Of a DNA stretch of 32,000 bases, positions 26,621-32,000 are shown piece by piece. The stretch is from NCBI GenBank assembly GCA_039920285.1, contig JBDSDX010000001.1:540001-572000 (forward strand), written 5' to 3'. Below the pieces are notes generated by a model. It made no database searches, was not told where the DNA came from, and saw only the letters and a program-made list of their open reading frames with translations. The stretch is from Candidatus Saccharimonadota bacterium. Lineage in GTDB: Bacteria; Patescibacteriota; Saccharimonadia; Saccharimonadales; Saccharimonadaceae. A program made the translations under genes and the position numbers. The first letter of the stretch is position 1. Each line of letters starts with the position of its first letter.

Positions 26621-26714
26621 CTCTAGTAGTATAACCTAAGCCTATCTTAATTTATAAAAGTTCGATGCTCACAGGCCAGGGGCTGCCAGGTGGAATAGAC
26701 CAGCCTCAGCTAGT

Positions 26715-27401
26715 CTATTTTTTTGTTAAATTAGGAGAAATGCGTTTCCGTATCGAAAGCTTTCTTACGATAAATAGCACAATAATAACCCAGGCCAGGC
26801 CAATACTCCAACCTGCGACAACGTCAGTAGGGTAGTGTACCCCTAAGTATAGTCGAGAGGCGCCAATCATGAGTAATACAAACGTACCAACAATCAACGA
26901 GGTGAGTCTCCAGCGGGTATTCCATAACATTATGATGACTGATGCAATAAGCGCCATACTAATCATGCTGTGGCCGCTAGGAAACGAGAAGTCTGTTTCC
27001 ACGACAAGCCTATGCCATAAAGCAGGACGATCTCTATGAAAAATAAGTTTTAATATAAAATTAGCCGCTGTTGCGCCGCCGACGCCGAAGAAAACAAGAA
27101 GTGCATTAAGCCGCTTTTTTTTATATAGCAAAAATGCCAGTATCGCTATGGTTATAAACATTAGATATATCGGACCAGCTATAGTCGTAACACATACAAA
27201 CAAAGCATCTAAAAATGGTGTGCTGAAGTTATGAATCCAATAAAGTATCTGCGTATCAAATAGTACTGGTTCATGTTCAAGAATCTCACCTGCAATTTTT
27301 GAAAATAGTATAACTGGAGTCCAAAAGAGTAGTAATGCGACGAGTAGTCTGAAAAGTTGAACTCGCTCGAATTGTTTTATATATTTTTTTATTGATTCCA
27401 T
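26715..27401 (-). CDS. PAP2-family membrane phosphatase (undecaprenyl-diphosphate / phosphatidate phosphatase-like)
   Basis: 228 aa, polytopic, with the three PAP2 motifs KLIFHRDRP, PSGH and SRLYLGVHYPTD. Confidence 0.88.
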   Translation of the reverse strand: MESIKKYIKQFERVQLFRLLVALLLFWTPVILFSKIAGEILEHEPVLFDTQILYWIHNFSTPFLDALFVCVTTIAGPIYLMFITIAILAFLLYKKKRLNALLVFFGVGGATAANFILKLIFHRDRPALWHRLVVETDFSFPSGHSMISMALIASVIIMLWNTRWRLTSLIVGTFVLLMIGASRLYLGVHYPTDVVAGWSIGLAWVIIVLFIVRKLSIRKRISPNLTKK

Positions 27402-27464
27402 GAGTCATTATTATATCAATGTTTAATTCTCATATACAAAATTTATCACGACGATGCTTTTGTT

Positions 27465-27731
27465 ATGATTAATATATTAAGTACAAAAAATATGAATGCT
27501 ATAAGAGAACTTGAATCAATTAATGAAATGATTTCTGCCGATAAAGCTGGTATTTTATTGGTGCATGGCCGTCTTAAGCCCAGTGCACTCATCGTGATGC
27601 AAGGCAATGTGTACCAGCTTGGACACGAAACTGCTCACATTACCTCTGCATCCATCTCACGCCTATACGCTGTCCTTGCGGAACTCGGATTGTCATACGT
27701 CACTACAACAAAAGTTATGAAAAATTCATAA
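27465..27731 (+). CDS. Hypothetical protein (88 aa); possibly the N-terminal half of a gene split by a TAA
   Basis: It is in the same reading frame as the ORF at 27762-28088, separated only by TAA (27729-27731) and 10 sense codons. Confidence 0.4.
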   Translation: MINILSTKNMNAIRELESINEMISADKAGILLVHGRLKPSALIVMQGNVYQLGHETAHITSASISRLYAVLAELGLSYVTTTKVMKNS

Positions 27732-27761
27732 GGTAAGTCGTTTGGGCATGGCCAAGAAGTC

Positions 27762-28088
27762 ATGCGGATCTTCGTGGCACGTGACCAATCAAAAGCTGAT
27801 CGACTTAAGATTTTGTTTGATGACATCGAAGAGAATCATCATGAGGCCGGGTTACTACTGGGGTATCCCCGAACAGCCGTTGAAGCATTTTTGACGCCGG
27901 ATATGCTTGAAATGAATGATGAACCAATCTCAACTGAAGACGTAAGTGTTGAAAACATGCGCTTACTAGGCCACCGACTTTCTGTAGATAACTGGAGAGA
28001 TGAAGTAAAATATCTTGAAAAAAGTGGTGAGTATCTCAAGACAATAAGTCCCACTATCTATGGTTCTCTTATCGAACCAGAGGTCTGA
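27762..28088 (+). CDS. Hypothetical protein (108 aa); possibly the C-terminal half of the same split gene
   Basis: It is in frame with 27465-27731. I recognise no motif. Confidence 0.45.
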   Translation: MRIFVARDQSKADRLKILFDDIEENHHEAGLLLGYPRTAVEAFLTPDMLEMNDEPISTEDVSVENMRLLGHRLSVDNWRDEVKYLEKSGEYLKTISPTIYGSLIEPEV

Positions 28089-28128
28089 CACACTTCGATG
28101 ACTACGACGCATTTGATATGATACATAG

Positions 28129-28647
28129 ATGATACAGTTCCAAGCAACACTAAAAGCAATCAGTCATTCAACTATTTTGCAGTTACCTGAAGCTGCGAGT
28201 AGGAAATTACCATCTCGTGGACAAGTCTTCGTAAAGGGAACTCTTAACGGCTACGCTATTCAAGAAGTCATTGAACCAGATGGAAATATGGGTCACTGGC
28301 TCAAGTTAAACAAGCAACTACTGGATATGCTTAAGTTGAGTGTTGGCGACAACGTCACACTTGAGGTCGAACCAAGTAAAGATTGGCCAGAGCCAACAAT
28401 ACCCGCTGATTTTTCAAAGGCTTTAAAGACTGCTCCATCGAGCGTTCAGGAACTATGGCCAGCAATTACTCCCATGGCACGGTGGGAATGGATTCGTTGG
28501 GTCAGCTCAACCCATGTTGTCGATACACGAAAACGCCGCGTTGAAGTATCAATATCAAAAATGGAATCAGGCAAGCGGCGACCGTGTTGCTTTAATCTTT
28601 CGTCATGTACTGACCCCGATCTCGCAAAAAGCGGCAAACTTATCTAA
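28129..28647 (+). CDS. DUF1905 + YdeI/OmpD-associated family protein
   Basis: 172 aa. The N-terminal part has a beta-barrel-like pattern (...LP......LPSRG.V.V.GTLNG). The C-terminal part has W..ITP.AR.EWI.W......ETR.RR.......ESGKRRPCC. Both are recalled family patterns, not searched. Confidence 0.8.
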   Translation: MIQFQATLKAISHSTILQLPEAASRKLPSRGQVFVKGTLNGYAIQEVIEPDGNMGHWLKLNKQLLDMLKLSVGDNVTLEVEPSKDWPEPTIPADFSKALKTAPSSVQELWPAITPMARWEWIRWVSSTHVVDTRKRRVEVSISKMESGKRRPCCFNLSSCTDPDLAKSGKLI

Positions 28648-28678
28648 TGAGTATTTTTTCTTTTGGTATGATGGCTAC

Positions 28679-29383
28679 ATGAATAGTATTGAAACACCCC
28701 ATCCAGAAGAGAAGCACAAATCTCAACGTGCGAACTGGCTTCGTGCGGCCATATTAGGTGTTGATGACGGTATTGTCTCGACCTCAAGTATCATGCTCGG
28801 GCTTCTTGCAGCACAGGCTGATATTAAGATTGTGCTCACCACTGGCATCGCCTCTCTCGTCGCAGGTGCAATCTCGATGGCTGCAGGTGAGTATGTGTCA
28901 GTCAGTTCACAGCGCGACGCCGAACTCGCTGATATTGATATTGAACGACGCGCCTTGAAGGCTAACCCAAAAGGCGAATTGATCGAACTAGCCGATATAT
29001 ATGAAGGAAGAGGGTTATCTAAAACGCTTGCTCTAGAAGTAGCTAAAGAGTTACATAAAGTAGATGCAATTGGTAGTCATGCTAGAGATGAACTGGGTAT
29101 TAACAGTCGCATGCGTGCACACCCATTTCAAGCAGCAGGGAGCTCGGCTAGCGCCTTTGCTATTGGCTCGCTGGTCCCGTTATCTGTCGCGCTTATATTA
29201 GGTGTAACCGGCAGTCCGTTCATTGTTGCCATTTCACTCCTTTTCCTCGCTGTTTTTGGCTTCATCGGAGCAAGTGTCGGTGGAGGAAATCGCGTTATAG
29301 CCGCGGTACGCGTATTAGTAGGTGGTGGTTCCGCAATGGCAATCACTGCGCTCATCGGGCATATAATCGGTGTTAACTTGTAA
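28679..29383 (+). CDS. VIT1/CCC1-family iron/manganese transporter
   Basis: The ATG at 28679 gives ...RANWLRAAILGVDDGIVSTSSIMLG...AGAISMAAGEYVSVSSQRD, then C-terminal TM helices. The track start at 28514 overlaps the YdeI-like gene. Confidence 0.88.
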   Translation: MNSIETPHPEEKHKSQRANWLRAAILGVDDGIVSTSSIMLGLLAAQADIKIVLTTGIASLVAGAISMAAGEYVSVSSQRDAELADIDIERRALKANPKGELIELADIYEGRGLSKTLALEVAKELHKVDAIGSHARDELGINSRMRAHPFQAAGSSASAFAIGSLVPLSVALILGVTGSPFIVAISLLFLAVFGFIGASVGGGNRVIAAVRVLVGGGSAMAITALIGHIIGVNL

Positions 29384-29409
29384 TCGTACCTGCCCTTACG
29401 AACTGATTA

Positions 29410-29667
29410 TTACTCTCGTAAAGATTTTGGTGGTATCAAAGCAGTGTCCTCGAGCAACTCAACTCTCTGCTTGGCGACTGCATCGTCCCATGATTCACCA
29501 GATTCTTGTTCAATGATGAAAAGATTATGATCAACAAATCCTCGTCCTTCAGTAACGAGTTCTGTATATAAAATATCTTCTAATAATTTTGTGTGTAGGG
29601 TATCTAATCGTTCGCGTGCCGTTTGTTTATCCATAACCACAACTATAGCACCGTTCCTAATAAGCAT
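29410..29667 (-). CDS. Hypothetical protein (85 aa), acidic
   Basis: This is the only ORF in the interval. It is divergent from the tail-fibre-like genes and has no motif I recognise. Confidence 0.45.
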   Translation of the reverse strand: MLIRNGAIVVVMDKQTARERLDTLHTKLLEDILYTELVTEGRGFVDHNLFIIEQESGESWDDAVAKQRVELLEDTALIPPKSLRE

Positions 29668-29763
29668 ACTAGCTGGTATACTTATTTATATGCGTAAGCA
29701 TTCTGAGGATATAGGATATATGGAGATCCAGAACGCCAAAGAACTCTTCTTGAGGGTCTCTTT

Positions 29764-30270
29764 ATGAGTTTTCCCCAACGACTTCCTTTAGTTAATAGCG
29801 ACGATGGCCAATGGGGTGATATTCTTAACCAATATCTCAGTTTGCAACACTATGACACTGGGAGTGATAATGCACTCAACGGTGGTCACAAAGTCGTCAC
29901 GATTCGTCCTGGTACAACAGCAACCGGCACTGCGCCACTTAAATTCTCTTCAGGAAGTTTACTGACGACACCTGAACCAGGTGCGGTCGAGTTCTTAACT
30001 GATCAACTCTATTTCACACAAACTACTGGCTCAACTCGTAAAAAGGTTGCTATCTACGACGATACGTCAGGCGCAACTGGTGATTTATACTATCGTGATG
30101 CGAGTGGCTACTTCAAACGACTTCCAATCGGGACGAGCAGTCAAATTTTGACAGCAAACGCCGGTCTTCCCACATGGCAATCTGCGAGTGGCGTCATCAA
30201 CAATATGGATGGTGGTGCGGCATCGGCTATATATGGTGGAGCTATCGCCGTAAACGGAGGAGGTGCCTAG
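29764..30270 (+). CDS. Phage tail-fibre-like protein (small)
   Basis: 168 aa with GAGGG 8 nt upstream. An N-terminal ...DGQWGDILNQYL... and an internal APLKFSSGSLLTTPEPGAVEF..DQLYFT resemble patterns I recall from actinophage minor tail / tail-fibre proteins. It is Gly-rich at the C-terminus and has no signal peptide. Confidence 0.65.
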   Translation: MSFPQRLPLVNSDDGQWGDILNQYLSLQHYDTGSDNALNGGHKVVTIRPGTTATGTAPLKFSSGSLLTTPEPGAVEFLTDQLYFTQTTGSTRKKVAIYDDTSGATGDLYYRDASGYFKRLPIGTSSQILTANAGLPTWQSASGVINNMDGGAASAIYGGAIAVNGGGA

Positions 30271-30271
30271 T

Positions 30272-31270
30272 ATGAGTACCTTGATTCAGTTTAGGCGTGA
30301 TACCCAAGCAAACTGGGCAAGTGTGAACCCAATACTCGCACAAGGTGAATTAGGTCTCGTCACTGACACGGGCGCATACAAAATGGGTGACGGCACCAAC
30401 GCATGGAACACATTACCGTACCATGAGATCACTCCCGCAGTTCAGACACTGACATTCTCAAATCAAGTTGACCCTTCAACACCCGCGGCCGGCACAACTG
30501 TTTTATATTCACGAACGGTTGCCGGAAGATCTTTCCCTAAATACATTGGTCCATCAGGTCTGAACAGCCCTTTGCAACCAGCTATTTTCCAAAACTCACT
30601 CTGGCTGGTTCAACCGAATACAACATCATCCGTTTCTGCAATTGGTGGCGCAGTGGCGTCGGCAGGTACGCTATCAACTCCAACCCCAAACTCAACCTCA
30701 TTTGGCGTTTCGACGAACTTCTTAAGTGGTGCGGTCGCGAATAACACGGCTGGAACAAGCCAGAACATTGCACCCCTCAATACCTCATCGGGCGTCGCCA
30801 GCAATGGTGGTTTCTTTTTTGTCTGCCGTCTTTGGTACCCTGATGCGAACTACGGCTCAGGCTCAACAGGCTCACGTCATTTTATCGGCTTATCAGACCA
30901 AACCTTCACCGCAACTGTCACCTCTGATAACCCTGCTGGATCAAGAATGGGCTTTGCAATGAGCACCAACCTTGGCGAAACAACCTTCCAATTTTCGACA
31001 AAAAATGGAACTGCAGAAACACGAACCGATACAGGAGTTTCGTTAGTATCAAATAATCTTTATGACTTTTATATATTTCTTCCTGCTGGTGGCACAACCG
31101 TATCGTGGAGAATCGATAATTTATCGACTAGCACCATAACTGAAGGTGACACGACAAGTACCATCCCTGGCACCAGTACCTATCTACGTGCAGGTTTTCA
31201 ATTGGCAACGCTCACAACCGTCGCGAGAAACGTCAGAATGAAGAAAATCTACGTCGAAACGGATAATTAG
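30272..31270 (+). CDS. Phage tail-fibre / receptor-binding-like protein with an Mtd-N-like N-terminal motif
   Basis: The ATG at 30272 has GGAGGAGG 8 nt upstream. The N-terminus IQFRRDTQANWASVNPILAQGELGLVTDTGAYKMGDGTNAWNTLPY matches the conserved N-terminal module of phage tail fibres, hyaluronidases and Mtd (from memory). The C-terminal ~220 aa is Ser/Thr/Gly/Asn-rich and looks like a beta-sandwich. Confidence 0.7.
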   Translation: MSTLIQFRRDTQANWASVNPILAQGELGLVTDTGAYKMGDGTNAWNTLPYHEITPAVQTLTFSNQVDPSTPAAGTTVLYSRTVAGRSFPKYIGPSGLNSPLQPAIFQNSLWLVQPNTTSSVSAIGGAVASAGTLSTPTPNSTSFGVSTNFLSGAVANNTAGTSQNIAPLNTSSGVASNGGFFFVCRLWYPDANYGSGSTGSRHFIGLSDQTFTATVTSDNPAGSRMGFAMSTNLGETTFQFSTKNGTAETRTDTGVSLVSNNLYDFYIFLPAGGTTVSWRIDNLSTSTITEGDTTSTIPGTSTYLRAGFQLATLTTVARNVRMKKIYVETDN

Positions 31271-31271
31271 T

Positions 31272-31745
31272 ATGAAAATAGCACTTCCGATTGTCATTGT
31301 AAGTATCATCGTCATAGTTTCACTTGCAGTCGTATATGTTATTTTAAGCAAAAAAAACGTAACACCAACTCAACCAGCATCAACTAGCATTCAACAAGAA
31401 AATGTCGATGCAAAAGCATTGAAAACTGATGATAGAAACGGTGCTTACCTTGATTATTCTGACACTGTTATCGCAGATACTCCGGGTACAAAAATTCTAT
31501 TCTTTCACGCACCATGGTGTCCACAGTGTCGTGAACTAGATAAAAGCATCACAACAGACGGCATCCCAAACGGAGTCACGGTTATTAAAGTTGATTACGA
31601 CTCGCATCAAGCATTAAGGAAGAAGTACGGTGTCACTTTGCAAACGACGCTAGTCAAGGTGGACGACGCGGGTAATAAAATCTCGAGTTACGTCGCATAC
31701 GAGGAACCTCAGTTCAGCGCGGTTGAACGCGAGTTACTCAATTGA
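31272..31745 (+). CDS. Membrane-anchored thioredoxin-fold protein (CPQC active site)
   Basis: 157 aa with an N-terminal TM helix (IALPIVIVSIIVIVSLAVVYVIL) and FFHAPWCPQCREL. Confidence 0.85.
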   Translation: MKIALPIVIVSIIVIVSLAVVYVILSKKNVTPTQPASTSIQQENVDAKALKTDDRNGAYLDYSDTVIADTPGTKILFFHAPWCPQCRELDKSITTDGIPNGVTVIKVDYDSHQALRKKYGVTLQTTLVKVDDAGNKISSYVAYEEPQFSAVERELLN

Positions 31746-32000
31746 TTGAACTTTTTGTTCTCTCCTTCGTTGCAGGTATACTCACTGTACTGGCCCCTTG
31801 TATCCTTCCTCTTTTACCCGTAATCGTGGGTGGAAGTTCACTACACGGAAACAATAAGCAGAAAGTAACACTCAAACAACCCCTCATTATCATTGCGAGC
31901 CTCATCGTATCAGTTATTGCTTTTACCTTATTGCTAAAGTTCACAACTGCGCTCCTGGGTATACCGTCAGAGGTATGGGCAATCATATCAGGTGGTATAG
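31742..32000 (+). CDS. ccdA: CcdA/DsbD-family thiol:disulfide electron-transfer membrane protein (N-terminal part; runs off the window)
   Basis: I read this frame by hand; it is not in the ORF track. A TTG at 31742 overlaps the upstream TGA. Translation (M)IELFVLSFVAGILTVLAPCILPLLPVIVGGS... carries the CcdA signature LAPC.LP.LP. Confidence 0.8.
   Translation, partial: MIELFVLSFVAGILTVLAPCILPLLPVIVGGSSLHGNNKQKVTLKQPLIIIASLIVSVIAFTLLLKFTTALLGIPSEVWAIISGGI

Noticed and set aside
28514-28678. Longer N-terminus of the VIT1 ORF (track start 28514).
   Set aside because: It overlaps the 3' end of the YdeI-like gene in another frame. The conserved VIT1 sequence starts just after the ATG at 28679.
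30272-31270. The tail-fibre-like gene as a diversity-generating retroelement (DGR) target.
   Set aside because: I could see neither a reverse transcriptase ORF nor a template repeat copy of the gene's 3' end in the window. The next gene starts 2 nt after its stop. A DGR elsewhere in the genome cannot be excluded.
1-32000. CRISPR arrays, IS elements or transposases, integrases, rRNA genes, or an alternative genetic code (UGA reassignment as in SR1/Gracilibacteria).
   Set aside because: I saw no regularly spaced direct repeats, no transposase- or integrase-like ORFs and no rRNA-like sequence. TGA terminates well-supported ORFs (9541-9543 and 31743-31745). All conserved genes read cleanly with the standard code.

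Overview
The window reads as a small-genome bacterium using the standard code (TGA is a stop at 9541-9543 and 31743-31745). It is most consistent with a CPR/Patescibacteria, Saccharibacteria-like lineage; this is inference from gene content and synteny, not a database search.

Layout:
- 1-13.8 kb (+ strand): an almost complete S10/spc/alpha ribosomal-protein supercluster, in the order rplB, rpsS, rplV, rpsC, rplP, rpmC, rpsQ, rplN, rplX, rplE, rpsN, rpsH, rplF, rplR, rpsE, rplO, secY, infA, rpmJ, rpsM, rpsK, rpsD, rpoA, rplQ, rplM, rpsI.
- 14-18.1 kb: trpS, an RluA/RluD-type pseudouridine synthase, holB, a TPR protein and a small membrane protein.
- 18.1-18.4 kb (- strand): tRNA-Tyr, tRNA-Thr and tRNA-Thr, followed by rpmG.
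- 18.8-23.9 kb (- strand): a translationally coupled operon of GT4, GH57, GH15 and an unknown gene (probable alpha-glucan metabolism).
- 24.0-25.3 kb: NDH-2 and tRNA-Trp.
- 25.3-32 kb: a lower-GC accessory stretch with a Nudix hydrolase, a PAP2 phosphatase, YdeI, VIT1, orphan ORFs, two phage-tail-fibre-like genes and a thioredoxin/CcdA pair.

The supercluster departs from the canonical layout in three places:
1. There is no rpmD (L30) between rpsE and rplO.
2. A roughly 0.5-kb non-coding, hairpin-rich locus with its own promoter and terminator sits between rplO and secY. My best guess is a divergent RNase P RNA.
3. adk and map are missing between secY and infA. In their place is a compositionally foreign orphan ORF (about 60% GC by hand count) with a near-consensus promoter.

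Another oddity is a second copy of the tRNA-Trp 3' end, 86 bp downstream of the intact gene, split in its T-loop by a 63-nt structured insert.

I saw no CRISPR array, transposase, integrase or rRNA in the window.
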